Shown here in pieces: positions 7,942-17,872 of a stretch of 64,000 bases of DNA (within the stretch, counting starts at the first letter, position 1; every line of letters starts with the position of its first letter). The stretch is from NCBI GenBank assembly GCA_017614155.1, contig JAGACK010000047.1:29096-93095 (forward strand), written 5' to 3'. The stretch is from Lachnospiraceae bacterium. Its GTDB lineage: Bacteria > Bacillota > Clostridia > Lachnospirales > Lachnospiraceae. The notes beneath the pieces were generated by a model. The model worked only from the letters and a program-made list of their open reading frames with translations. It had not been told where the DNA came from and made no database searches. A program made the translations under genes and the position numbers.

Positions 7942-9259
7942 TAAGGCACGCAAAATATCGGGGATCAGGCCGGGAAGCCCGGCCTCTCTTTTGGATATAT
8001 GCACAGGCGATGAGCTTGTCAGTGTCAACGGTCTTGAGATAAAGGATGTCTTTGATTATCAGTACGCGTCTTTAGATGAGGAGTGCCTGCTTGAACTGAA
8101 AGGCGAGGACGGCAGAAAAAAAGAGGTGCTTGTAACCAAGACTGAGGATGAGGACATCGGTCTCATATTTGAAGAGGGGCTGATGGACTGCTACCGGTCA
8201 TGCCGCAACAGGTGCATCTTCTGCTTTATAGACCAGATGCCGAAGGGCATGAGAGAAACCCTGTATTTTAAGGATGATGATTCAAGGCTTTCGTTTTTGC
8301 AGGGAAACTATGTTACTCTGACCAATATGTCCGATGAGGATATAGATCGCATAATCAGATATAATCTGAGTCCGGTCAATATTTCATTTCAGACCACAAA
8401 TCCCAGACTCCGCGTAAAGATGATGGGCAACCGGTTTGCGGGTGAAGCCCTCAAAAAAGCTGACAGACTGAATGAAGCAGGCATAACCATGAACGGACAG
8501 ATCGTACTGTGCAGGGGCATCAATGACGGAGATGAACTTGAAAGAAGCATAAAGGATCTGTCGTCGTACATACCTAATCTCCAGAGTCTTTCCGTTGTTC
8601 CCGTGGGTCTTACAAAATACAGGGAGGGGCTGTATGAGCTTGAGCCCTTTGATGAAAACGACAGCGCCCTTGTCATTGACACGATAGAAAAATGGCAGAA
8701 AAAGCTTTACAGGAAACACGGCATCCATTTTGTCCACGCCTCTGATGAATGGTATGTAAAAGCCGGAAGAGATCTTCCTCCTGCTGAAAGCTATGACGGT
8801 TATCCGCAGCTTGAAAACGGCGTCGGGATGCTCAGGCTCATGGAAACCGGGTATGCAGCATCGCTTTCAGGCCTGCACGGCTCTGCGCTTTCGGGAGAGT
8901 TTTCGTGCGTAACGGGCAGGCTGTCCTTCCCTTATGTAAAAAGAATGGTTGAGGGGCTGAAGGATTTTTTTCCGAATGTGGATGCTCATGTGTACTGCAT
9001 CGAAAATGAATTCTTCGGCGAGAACATAACCGTCACCGGCCTTCTGACCGGAAAGGACATAATAAGACAGCTGAAGGGAAGAAAGCTTGGAGGCAGGCTG
9101 TATATCCCTGAAAATGTCCTGAGGGCAGGGGAGGAAGTCCTGCTTGACGATATAACAATCGACGATATTGAGCAGGCTTTACAAGTCAAAGTCGATATTG
9201 TAAAATCAGACGGTACTTCGTTTGTGAGTATGTTTGAAGGAAATAAGATACGGAGATAG
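7931..9259 (+). CDS. PDZ / radical-SAM / DUF512-type protein
   Basis: N-terminal PDZ-like segment (IRPGSPA..GDELVSVNG). Cys triad CRNRCIFCF. Long C-terminal domain typical of the gene preceding der in Clostridia. Confidence 0.7.
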   Translation: MMNDKARKISGIRPGSPASLLDICTGDELVSVNGLEIKDVFDYQYASLDEECLLELKGEDGRKKEVLVTKTEDEDIGLIFEEGLMDCYRSCRNRCIFCFIDQMPKGMRETLYFKDDDSRLSFLQGNYVTLTNMSDEDIDRIIRYNLSPVNISFQTTNPRLRVKMMGNRFAGEALKKADRLNEAGITMNGQIVLCRGINDGDELERSIKDLSSYIPNLQSLSVVPVGLTKYREGLYELEPFDENDSALVIDTIEKWQKKLYRKHGIHFVHASDEWYVKAGRDLPPAESYDGYPQLENGVGMLRLMETGYAASLSGLHGSALSGEFSCVTGRLSFPYVKRMVEGLKDFFPNVDAHVYCIENEFFGENITVTGLLTGKDIIRQLKGRKLGGRLYIPENVLRAGEEVLLDDITIDDIEQALQVKVDIVKSDGTSFVSMFEGNKIRR

Positions 9260-10597
9260 ATGATCATGAGAAGAGGTCTGGTCGCCATAGTCGGAAGACC
9301 GAATGTCGGAAAATCCTCTCTTTTTAATATGCTTGCAGGTGAGCGCATTGCCATAGTCAAGGATGAGCCCGGCATCACGAGAGACAGGATCTATACCGAT
9401 GTGGAATGGAACGACAGGAGTTTTACCATAATAGATACGGGCGGCATCGAGCCTGAGAGCAGCGATGAGATCCTGAAGCAGATGCGTTATCAGGCTGAAC
9501 TTGCCATAGAGGCTGCCGATGTGATCATCTTCATGACGGATGTCCAGCTGGGGCTTTCCGACGCTGATCATAAAGTGGCTGATATCTTAAGACGCAGTAG
9601 GAAACCCGTCATACTTGCCGTAAACAAGGTGGACAGCTTCAAAAAATATGAAGCGGATGTCTATGAATTCTATAACCTGGGCCTTGGGGATCCTGTTGCA
9701 ATATCGGCCGGACAGCGCCTGGGCATCGGGGAGCTGCTTGATGAAGTTACAAAGAATCTGCCGGGGGGGGCTTCTTCTGAAGCAGAGGATGACAGGCCGA
9801 GGATTGCCATAGTAGGCCGGCCCAATGTCGGCAAATCGTCCATGATCAACAGATATCTGGGGAAGGACAGGCTTATAGTTTCGGATGTTGCCGGAACAAC
9901 GAGGGATGCCGTTGATACCGTGGTGAAAAGAAACGGCAGGGAGTACATTTTTGTGGATACCGCCGGTCTCCGGAGAAAAAGCAAAGTGAAGGAGGAACTG
10001 GAGGCGTACATGATAGCCAGGACCGTCTCGGCAGTTGAGAAGGCCGATGTTGTCATCCTGGTAATAGATGCATCCGAGGGGGTTTCCGAGCAGGATGCAA
10101 AGATAGCAGGGATTGCTCATGAACGCGGCAAGGGCGTGATCATAGCCGTAAACAAGTGGGATATCGTGGAAAAGGACGACAAGACCATCTATAAGATGTC
10201 CAGGGATATCCAGCAGAAGCTGTCCTTCATGCCCTACGCCGAGATTCTTTTTGTTTCCGCAAAGACCGGTCAGAGGCTTGAAAAGATGTTCGCATCCATA
10301 GATACTGTCATAGAGAACAGGTCGCTTCGTGTCCAGACAGGGGTATTGAACGAGATCATGGCAGAAGCAGTTGCCATGCAGCAGCCGCCTTCGGATAAAG
10401 GAAGGAGACTACGCCTCCTGTATATCACACAGGTGGCTGTCAAACCTCCGACATTTGTAATATTTGTAAATTCGTCAAAGCTTATGCACTACTCATATAC
10501 AAGATATATAGAGAACCGGATCAGGGAGGCCTTCGGATTTGCGGGAACTCCCATCAGGTTCATCATCAGGGAACGCGGAGAGGAGAAAGAAGCATAA
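9260..10597 (+). CDS. der: ribosome-associated GTPase Der (EngA)
   Basis: Two tandem GTPase domains (GRPNVGKSSLFN..DTGG..NKVD and GRPNVGKSSMIN..DTAG..NKWD) plus a KH-like C-terminus. Confidence 0.95.
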   Translation: MIMRRGLVAIVGRPNVGKSSLFNMLAGERIAIVKDEPGITRDRIYTDVEWNDRSFTIIDTGGIEPESSDEILKQMRYQAELAIEAADVIIFMTDVQLGLSDADHKVADILRRSRKPVILAVNKVDSFKKYEADVYEFYNLGLGDPVAISAGQRLGIGELLDEVTKNLPGGASSEAEDDRPRIAIVGRPNVGKSSMINRYLGKDRLIVSDVAGTTRDAVDTVVKRNGREYIFVDTAGLRRKSKVKEELEAYMIARTVSAVEKADVVILVIDASEGVSEQDAKIAGIAHERGKGVIIAVNKWDIVEKDDKTIYKMSRDIQQKLSFMPYAEILFVSAKTGQRLEKMFASIDTVIENRSLRVQTGVLNEIMAEAVAMQQPPSDKGRRLRLLYITQVAVKPPTFVIFVNSSKLMHYSYTRYIENRIREAFGFAGTPIRFIIRERGEEKEA

Positions 10598-11301
10598 TGT
10601 TTCGGTTGTACTGTCTTTTGATCGGATATGTCTTTGGGCTTTTCCAGACAAGCTATATATACGGAAAGGCTCACGGCATAGATATCAGGGAACACGGCTC
10701 CGGAAATGCCGGGACCACCAATATGCTCCGTACCATGGGGACCAAAGCGGGACTCATCACTTTCGCGGGCGATGTGCTCAAAACCATGGCTGCGGTATGG
10801 CTGTGCCGTCTGACCTTCGGCGCCATGTATCCGGACCAGCTGCCTGTCATAATCTGTTATGCAGGGCTGGGCGCCATACTTGGACACAATTTCCCCTTTT
10901 ATCTCGGCTTCAAGGGTGGAAAGGGCATAGCCTGTACGGCAGGATTCATCTTTTCTCTTGATCCGGTGATGTCAGTCCTGGGGCTGACGGTTTTCTTTTC
11001 CATCTTTTTTATCACTCATTATGTTTCATTGGGATCCGTGATGGTCTATATCACTATATTTATAGAATTTGTCGTCTTTGGTGTCCTGCATCTTCTGATG
11101 TTTAAGGGTGCAACGGATGCGGAGGTCATTGAATGCTGTCTGATAGTTGCGTTTCTTACAGCCATGACCATCTTCAAACACCGGGAGAACATCAAAAGAC
11201 TCAGGAACGGGACCGAAAAAAAGACTTATCTGAAGAAGAACAAACCGGAGATAACGGACCTTAAGCAGGAAGAGAACGCCGGACAGACAAAAATCAAGTA
11301 A
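10597..11301 (+). CDS. plsY: glycerol-3-phosphate acyltransferase PlsY
   Basis: TAATG overlap with der. GSGNAGTTN and GHNFPFYLGFKGGKG motifs, multi-TM. Carries an extended Lys-rich C-terminal tail. Confidence 0.9.
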   Translation: MFRLYCLLIGYVFGLFQTSYIYGKAHGIDIREHGSGNAGTTNMLRTMGTKAGLITFAGDVLKTMAAVWLCRLTFGAMYPDQLPVIICYAGLGAILGHNFPFYLGFKGGKGIACTAGFIFSLDPVMSVLGLTVFFSIFFITHYVSLGSVMVYITIFIEFVVFGVLHLLMFKGATDAEVIECCLIVAFLTAMTIFKHRENIKRLRNGTEKKTYLKKNKPEITDLKQEENAGQTKIK

Positions 11302-11312
11302 AGGAGCATCAG

Positions 11313-12308
11313 ATGGCAAGGATAGGGATGATCGGAGCAGGAAGCTGGGGAACTGCGCTTTCAAAGCTTTTGGATAATAACGGACACGACGTTACGGTCT
11401 GGTCCGCCATACCGGATGAGATCGATATGCTGAATAAAAACAGGGAGCATAAGGACAAGCTGCCGGGAGTGCCTTTGGGTGAAAAGATGATCTTTACCTG
11501 TGACCTTAAAGAGGCAGTCGAAGATAAGGATGCTCTGGTACTTGCGGTGCCCTCGCCCTTTACAAGGAGCACGGCCGCGCGGATGAAGGAGGTCGTTCCG
11601 AAGAATTCGCTTATCATCAGTGTCGCAAAGGGAATAGAAGAGAACACCCTGCTTACGCTTACGGGTGTAATAAAAGATGAGATAGATGACTGCAGGACAG
11701 TTGTCCTCTGCGGTCCAAGCCATGCGGAAGAAGTCGGGCGCGGCATGCCTACAGCCATTGTGGCCGGAAGCCGCGATACTGAGGACTCAAAGACTGTTCA
11801 GGATCTTTTCATGTGTGAAGTTTTCAGGGTATATACATCAGATGATCCTTACGGCATGGAACTTGGCGGAGCGCTGAAGAATGTCATTGCGCTTGCTGCG
11901 GGCATAGCGGACGGGCTGGGATATGGTGACAATACCAAGGCTGCCCTTATCACAAGGGGCATTCATGAGATATCGGTCCTCGGTGAGGCTGCCGGTGGAA
12001 AGAGAGAGACCTTCCAGGGGCTCACAGGAATAGGAGATCTCATAGTGACCTGTGCATCCATGCATTCAAGGAACAGGAGAGCGGGTATCCTCATCGGGCA
12101 GGGAAAGAGCTATGATGAGGCGATGAAGGAAGTGAATCAGGTCGTAGAGGGCGTATACAGCGCAAAAGCGGCAGTTGCGCTCGCGGAAAAATACGATGTG
12201 CAGCTGCCGATTATAGAGCAGGTAAATGAGATCCTTTTTAAGGGAAAATCCCCGTCTGATGCGCTTTCTGAGCTCATGGGAAGAGCAAAGAAAACAGAAT
12301 TCATCTGA
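11313..12308 (+). CDS. gpsA: NAD(P)H-dependent glycerol-3-phosphate dehydrogenase
   Basis: IGAGSWGTALS Rossmann motif, GPSHAEEV, GGALKNVIALAAG, VEGVYS. Confidence 0.95.
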   Translation: MARIGMIGAGSWGTALSKLLDNNGHDVTVWSAIPDEIDMLNKNREHKDKLPGVPLGEKMIFTCDLKEAVEDKDALVLAVPSPFTRSTAARMKEVVPKNSLIISVAKGIEENTLLTLTGVIKDEIDDCRTVVLCGPSHAEEVGRGMPTAIVAGSRDTEDSKTVQDLFMCEVFRVYTSDDPYGMELGGALKNVIALAAGIADGLGYGDNTKAALITRGIHEISVLGEAAGGKRETFQGLTGIGDLIVTCASMHSRNRRAGILIGQGKSYDEAMKEVNQVVEGVYSAKAAVALAEKYDVQLPIIEQVNEILFKGKSPSDALSELMGRAKKTEFI

Positions 12309-13167
12309 TGCTTTCAAATATCCTTTTTGCAAGAGCAGGTTTATTCATAATATACAGGTGTATCCCGTCGACACCTTCCCTGAGCAGGTCCTGCGACTGT
12401 TTTATGGCATAGTCAATGCCTGCTTCTTTCATTCCTTCGGCATCCTCCCCATATCTGGCTATGATGTCAGAGAGGGCTTTGGGAACTGAGGTTCCTGAAA
12501 GCGTTACGGTGTTCCCGAGCATTTTCGCGCTTGTTATGGGCATGATCCCGGCGGAAACAGGTATATCTATATTTCTTTTCTTCATCCTTTCAAGCATCCT
12601 CAAAAACGCGTCATTATCAAAAAACAGCTGCGATATGAAGAAACTGCAGCCTGAATCTGCTTTTATCCTCAGATTGTCCGTATCCGTCTCCAGGTCGGGA
12701 GATTCGAAATGCTTTTCCGGATAGCAGGCTCCGGCTATGGTAAAGTCCGGGTAGTTGTTTTTAATGAAGGCGGCCATGTCGCTTGCATGCAGGAAATCCC
12801 GGCGGGCGTATTCTTCATCGGTCATGGCGGCAGGTCTGTCACCTCTGAGCGCCAGCACATTTTCTATGCCGCATTTCCTGAAAGAGTTCAGGCCTTCTTC
12901 AAGCAGCTTTCTGTTGAAACCGACACTTGTTATATGTGAAAGAACTTCCATGGAACAGCTGTTTTTGGCGTATGAAGCGATCTCGACGGCTTTGCCGGCA
13001 TTTGATCCACCGGCCCCGTAGGTTACGGATATGAAATCAGGGCTTATCTTTTTTAGTTCTTCGAGCTTGTTATTGATATCGGTAAACTCGGCCTCCTTTT
13101 TCGGTGGATATATCTCACAGGAAAAAACCGGTTTTTTCCCGTCGTAGAGGTTCCTGATAGAAGACAT
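12301..13167 (-). CDS. metF: methylenetetrahydrofolate reductase
   Basis: FSCEIYPPK..FISVTYGAGGS..VLALRGD..FDND. RBS GGAGGA lies upstream of the ATG at 13167. Confidence 0.9.
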   Translation of the reverse strand: MSSIRNLYDGKKPVFSCEIYPPKKEAEFTDINNKLEELKKISPDFISVTYGAGGSNAGKAVEIASYAKNSCSMEVLSHITSVGFNRKLLEEGLNSFRKCGIENVLALRGDRPAAMTDEEYARRDFLHASDMAAFIKNNYPDFTIAGACYPEKHFESPDLETDTDNLRIKADSGCSFFISQLFFDNDAFLRMLERMKKRNIDIPVSAGIMPITSAKMLGNTVTLSGTSVPKALSDIIARYGEDAEGMKEAGIDYAIKQSQDLLREGVDGIHLYIMNKPALAKRIFESIR

Positions 13168-13271
13168 AATAATTCCTCCTCTTCTTTAAAAAGTATTCCG
13201 GATATGTTATGATTATCTCATATTTTGATGACAGGGTCAAAAGTTCAGACATAAAGAAGGAGCGTTTTGAC

Positions 13272-13661
13272 ATGAAGAAGGTACTGCTCATAGACGATAT
13301 GAAAACGGTACTTGCGCAGGCAAGCCGGATCCTGCAGGACAGATATGTTCTTTCTGTCTGCGACTGCGCAGAAGACGCACCGGAGCTGATCAGGGAAGAC
13401 AATCCGGATATAATCCTTGTTGATATGTATCTTGAAAGCGACGGAGCATACAGGCTGCTTGAATTTGTTCGCAATGATGAGGCCCTGAAGGATATCCCCG
13501 TCCTCTTTACAGGCTGTGATGTTTCTGTCATGGCTCTTTCAAAAGCGTTTTCGCTCGGTGTGGCGGATTTTGTGAAAAAACCCTTCACCGAAAACATAGT
13601 ATTCAAAAAGATCGAGGAACAGCTCAGGCTTTCTGAGACAGGCTACAGGTATGATTCGTAA
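13272..13661 (+). CDS. single-domain response regulator (receiver only)
   Basis: ATG at 13272, 9 nt after AAGGAG. The REC signature is complete: LLIDD, IILVDMY (phospho-Asp), LFTG, VKKPF. The ORF-track start at 13209 is an extension. Confidence 0.85.
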   Translation: MKKVLLIDDMKTVLAQASRILQDRYVLSVCDCAEDAPELIREDNPDIILVDMYLESDGAYRLLEFVRNDEALKDIPVLFTGCDVSVMALSKAFSLGVADFVKKPFTENIVFKKIEEQLRLSETGYRYDS

Positions 13662-15744
13662 TCTTTTCAATGCTTATTTCGGCGAAGACATTCCGCTGGA
13701 GGAAAGAAATATCAATTTTGCCATGGTGGTCTATTTTGTCATTATGGCAGTATCGCTGTTCTACGGGATCATCATCGGCCTTCCCGTGGCTTTTTTTGTC
13801 GTGACGCTTGCGGTTTTTCTGGTAACGCTGCTCTCTCATGCATATATAGTGCGTTTCAGGCTTTATAACAGGGGGGCTTTTATTACGGCGCTTATCATGG
13901 GTATGGTGGAACTGCCTGTGTCTTACTATTGTGACGGCAGACAGATCTGTCCTGCCGCCATTTTTTATATTATGTGTTTCTTTTTCTGCATATTCTGCAT
14001 AAGGGGAGCGCTCATGTATATAGCTGTCTCGCTATGTGCTGTTTCCTACATTTTTTCCTGTGTCGGAATGTATATCAGGCTTTACAGATATGAGCCGTTT
14101 GATATGGGCAGGATAAATGTGCCCGTAGAGGTGGTGATCCCGGTGGCAGTCTGTACTGTATACGCATGCAAGGCCATGGATTACAGGAACAGGATATATG
14201 AAAGAGAGGAAAAGAGCGTTGCTGAGGGTCAGAAACACTCTGAAGAGATGGCCAGGTCCAAGGAACTGTTTTTGATGAACATGTCACATGAGATGCGCAC
14301 TCCCATGAACACCATAATAACTGCGACCGGGCTCATCGGTGATAAGACACAGAACAGTGCCCTGAAGCAGAATGTGGTCTATCTTCAGAATGCGTGTAAC
14401 GCCCTAATCTCAAATATAGACGACCTTCTTCTTTTTTCGAAAGCCGAAAACAGTACGATGAGACTGAGCGAGGCTGATTTCAGCTCAAGGATCCTTTTTG
14501 AGGACATCATAAATATCATATCCGTAAGGCTTATCGAGAGCCCTGTACAGTTCAGGATCATCCTTGACCCGGCCATCCCGTCGGTCCTGAACGGAGACTG
14601 CGCAAAGATCAGGCAGCTGTTCATCAATATCCTGAACAATGCCGTCAAATATACACGGGAGGGCTATATCAGCCTTGAAGTCGGTTTTGACAGGCTTTCC
14701 GATGAGGAGATACTGTTGAAAACCGTGATAAGGGATACCGGCGTCGGGATCAGGCCTGAGGATATCCCGAGGCTTTTTGATGCCTTCGAAAAAATCGATG
14801 ACAGAAAAAACGAAACCATGAAAGTGGAGGGGACTGGTCTGGGACTTTCGATCTGCAAGTCGATCATCGATATGATGGGCGGAAAGATAGATGTCAGCAG
14901 TACCTATAACGAAGGAAGCTGTTTCAGTTTTGAGATACCTGTAAAGATCACAGATGAGAGTTTCATGCTTGATGTTGAAAATGCGAAGCATATTTCGGTG
15001 CTGCTCTATGAGGAGGATGAAGAAAGGTCAAAAATGGCGCAGAGGGCACTTGACGATCTGGGCATCACATATAAACCGGTCTGCGATGACGGCGGCCTGC
15101 AGGATGAGCTTGAAAACGGGCACTATACACATCTTATAGCATCCGTGGCCAATTATGAGAACTGCCGGGATCACTACGGCAGCATCGAGCCGAAGTATGT
15201 GGTGATCTCGGATATCGAGGGGGCGGACAGGATCCCAAGGGATGCAGACAGGCTGCTTCGTCCGGTCTGTTCTCTTTCGCTGGCCAGGTATTTCAACAGT
15301 GACGGAGACACCAAAAACCAGGATCTGAAACGCGGGTTTATGTGTCCTGACGCTAATGTCATGATAATTGATGACAACAGAACGAATCTTTTTGTTATCG
15401 AAAGGCTGCTGAAGCGTTATGGGATGAATACAGTCACTGCGCAAAGGGGTCAGGAAGCGCTCAATCTGATCGGGGACAACAGATTTGACATGATCTTTAT
15501 TGATTATATGATGCCTGAGATGGACGGCATAGATACGTTGAAAAAGATCAGGGAATACGGGAAACCATGGTGCGCGGATGTTCCGTGCATAGTACTGACT
15601 GCTGACGCGGCAGACGGGGCCAGGCAGATGCTTATAGATGCAGGCTTTGATGATTATATCTCAAAGCCGATCCGGGTCGAGAGACTGGCTGAAGCCATAT
15701 ATGATCAGATAGATCCTTCGCTTATCGAATGGGTCGGGGATTGA
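13651..15744 (+). CDS. membrane-bound hybrid sensor histidine kinase (TM sensor, HisKA, HATPase, pseudo-REC, REC)
   Basis: About 190-aa multi-TM N-terminus. H-box NMSHEMRTPMN. N/G boxes NAVKYT..DTGVGI..GTGLGLSI. C-terminal REC VMIIDDN..MIFIDYMMPEMDG..KP. Confidence 0.9.
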   Translation: MIRNLFNAYFGEDIPLEERNINFAMVVYFVIMAVSLFYGIIIGLPVAFFVVTLAVFLVTLLSHAYIVRFRLYNRGAFITALIMGMVELPVSYYCDGRQICPAAIFYIMCFFFCIFCIRGALMYIAVSLCAVSYIFSCVGMYIRLYRYEPFDMGRINVPVEVVIPVAVCTVYACKAMDYRNRIYEREEKSVAEGQKHSEEMARSKELFLMNMSHEMRTPMNTIITATGLIGDKTQNSALKQNVVYLQNACNALISNIDDLLLFSKAENSTMRLSEADFSSRILFEDIINIISVRLIESPVQFRIILDPAIPSVLNGDCAKIRQLFINILNNAVKYTREGYISLEVGFDRLSDEEILLKTVIRDTGVGIRPEDIPRLFDAFEKIDDRKNETMKVEGTGLGLSICKSIIDMMGGKIDVSSTYNEGSCFSFEIPVKITDESFMLDVENAKHISVLLYEEDEERSKMAQRALDDLGITYKPVCDDGGLQDELENGHYTHLIASVANYENCRDHYGSIEPKYVVISDIEGADRIPRDADRLLRPVCSLSLARYFNSDGDTKNQDLKRGFMCPDANVMIIDDNRTNLFVIERLLKRYGMNTVTAQRGQEALNLIGDNRFDMIFIDYMMPEMDGIDTLKKIREYGKPWCADVPCIVLTADAADGARQMLIDAGFDDYISKPIRVERLAEAIYDQIDPSLIEWVGD

Positions 15745-15745
15745 G

Positions 15746-16144
15746 GTGGATGGTTTGAAGAAACTTACAGGTGTCCTTTTTAATGATGAGGCTGCATACA
15801 GGGAGAGGATGTTCGTACTGGTTGCACTGTATTCCATGGTAACATTCACTCTTGGCATAATAATGACTGCGATTGGCGGAGGTCTGGCAGGCGCTGCGCT
15901 CATGTTATCGTTCATGATACTGCATGTGGTGCTTTTGATGTTCTATGTTCATTTCGGACACTATGAGATAATGTCGGTCATTTTCTGTTATCTGATGAAT
16001 TTTCTGCTGCTTCCGCTCATGTATATTTTCAGCGGCGGTCTGAAGGGCGGGATTGAGTTCCTGTTCATACCCGGCATCATCGAGGCCTTTATCCTGCTTG
16101 AGGGCTCTGTCAGGATCATTTCCCTGATCCTGTTCTCATCATGA
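15746..16144 (+). CDS. N-terminal membrane fragment of a second hybrid histidine kinase (ends at an in-frame TGA)
   Basis: GTG start 1 nt after the upstream stop. 132 aa, all TM helices, with the same topology as the N-terminus of the upstream paralog. Same frame as the ORF at 16163-17872. Confidence 0.6.
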   Translation: MDGLKKLTGVLFNDEAAYRERMFVLVALYSMVTFTLGIIMTAIGGGLAGAALMLSFMILHVVLLMFYVHFGHYEIMSVIFCYLMNFLLLPLMYIFSGGLKGGIEFLFIPGIIEAFILLEGSVRIISLILFSS

Positions 16145-16162
16145 TATGTTTTCATAATCGTT

Positions 16163-17872
16163 GTGGAACTGCTGAATCCGAATCAGGTCAGAAATGTCCC
16201 TGAAGGGATCGCGGCAGTATTAAGCAATGTAGTTGCGGTAGCTTTTTCGGTCGCCCTGAATCTTTTCCTTGTCAGAAATCAGAACACACTGCTGAAAATG
16301 GAGAGCGCAAAGGTGAAGGAGGCTATGGATTCCTGCGATGACAGTGCAAGGACGAAGAGCCGTTTTCTTGCGAATATGTCCCACGAACTCCGGACTCCCA
16401 TGAATGCGATCATCGGAATGGCAAGGCTCATGGAAAAAGAGGATGTGGAAAACGAGGTGTCTGACGAGATTGATGTGATCAGGAGCACTGCCGAAAATCT
16501 TCTGAAGATCATCAACGATATCCTGGTCTATTCAAAAATGGAATCAGGCAAGGTTGAGACTATCAATGAGCAGTTTTATCTTGACAAGCTGATAAACAGC
16601 ATAATACTGGAAGCACAGAGTGTTGCGCAGGATAACAGGACCGATCTTGAACTGGAGCTTGATCCGGCTATGCCGTATATCTATTACGGAGATGAGATCA
16701 AGATTTCGAGGATACTTACGACTCTTCTCATGGGCGCCGTTGAGAATACCGAGGACGGAAGGGTGATCATGACGATAGGAGCAAAAAGGAGCAGGGATGG
16801 TTCGAAAGCCAGGATCGAGGGACGAATTACAGATACCGGTGAGGGCCTTTCAAAGAAAGATCTCGAAAACATATACAACGGTTTTGAAAACTATGATTCA
16901 AAAAAGGGAAGCAGGATCAAGATACTGGGTCTGGAACTGACTGTATGCAGGGGACTTTTGGGCATGATGAACGGAGATCTGGAATATGAAAGCATAAAAG
17001 ATGTCGGAAGTTCCGTCTCGTTTTGGTTTGACTGCTTTGTGGCTGACAGGGACAGGCTGCTGGATGTTTCGAATATAGAAGCGTCGAGGATTCTGGTGGC
17101 TTCACAGTCGGAGTGGGAAGTCAGGACATGGAGCAGAAGGCTCAATGAGTTCAAGACGGTTGCGGATCACGCCTATAACGGGGAAGAATTTGAATCACTG
17201 GTGCAGAGTGTTGATTATTCATACATTTTCATAGATTCATCACTGTATTATGGAGTAAAGGAGCATCTCGATGGCAGGATAGACAGGGAAAGGGTATATG
17301 TTGTATGCGATAATACCCACCAGTACGGTGATTTCGGAAAATGCAGGGTTATACACAGGCCGCTGACTCTTATAAACCTGAGTGATATTTTCTGTGACAG
17401 GTGGAATGAAAAGGAATTCGGGAACATCAATGATTCAGGAGGTTTTATCTGCAGGGATACGGTTGTGGTCGTGGTTGATGACAACAAAGTGAACCTGAAG
17501 GTCGCGCAGAATCTGCTCGAAAGCTATGGCATCAGGGCAATACCGGCAGAAAGCGGCTATGCCGCGATTGAGATCCTCAGAAATGTGAAACCCGATATCA
17601 TATTCATGGATCAGGTAATGCCGGGAATAGGCGGAGTAGAGACCATGCAGGAGATCAAATATGACAAACGTAATGCAAATATTCCCGTCATCTGCATGAC
17701 AGCGGATCTGGATGATGATATAAAAGAAAACCTTATCGCAAACGGTTTTGATGACTATCTGCCAAAGCCTGTCAAGGATAAACAGATGGAAAAGATCCTT
17801 CTTGAGCATCTGGGTGAAGACAAGATTGTCCGCAGGAACATGAAACAAAAATTGGAGGAAAGGAACAGGTGA
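16163..17872 (+). CDS. hybrid histidine kinase core (one TM, HisKA, HATPase, pseudo-REC, REC); continuation of 15746-16144
   Basis: H-box NMSHELRTPMNAIIG, HATPase GAVENT..DTGEGL. REC VVVVDDN..IIFMDQVMPGIGG..PKP. Its first residues continue the TM helix cut by the TGA at 16142-16144. Confidence 0.8.
   Translation: MELLNPNQVRNVPEGIAAVLSNVVAVAFSVALNLFLVRNQNTLLKMESAKVKEAMDSCDDSARTKSRFLANMSHELRTPMNAIIGMARLMEKEDVENEVSDEIDVIRSTAENLLKIINDILVYSKMESGKVETINEQFYLDKLINSIILEAQSVAQDNRTDLELELDPAMPYIYYGDEIKISRILTTLLMGAVENTEDGRVIMTIGAKRSRDGSKARIEGRITDTGEGLSKKDLENIYNGFENYDSKKGSRIKILGLELTVCRGLLGMMNGDLEYESIKDVGSSVSFWFDCFVADRDRLLDVSNIEASRILVASQSEWEVRTWSRRLNEFKTVADHAYNGEEFESLVQSVDYSYIFIDSSLYYGVKEHLDGRIDRERVYVVCDNTHQYGDFGKCRVIHRPLTLINLSDIFCDRWNEKEFGNINDSGGFICRDTVVVVVDDNKVNLKVAQNLLESYGIRAIPAESGYAAIEILRNVKPDIIFMDQVMPGIGGVETMQEIKYDKRNANIPVICMTADLDDDIKENLIANGFDDYLPKPVKDKQMEKILLEHLGEDKIVRRNMKQKLEERNR

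Noticed and set aside
9763-9770. G8 homopolymer inside der, considered as a phase-variation tract
   Set aside because: It encodes PGG in the inter-domain linker of an essential GTPase and the frame is intact. Slippage would be lethal, so it is unlikely to be a switch.
10539-10961. 140-aa + strand ORF overlapping the der end and plsY in another frame
   Set aside because: The PlsY frame carries the family motifs. The alternative frame is Arg/His-rich with no RBS.
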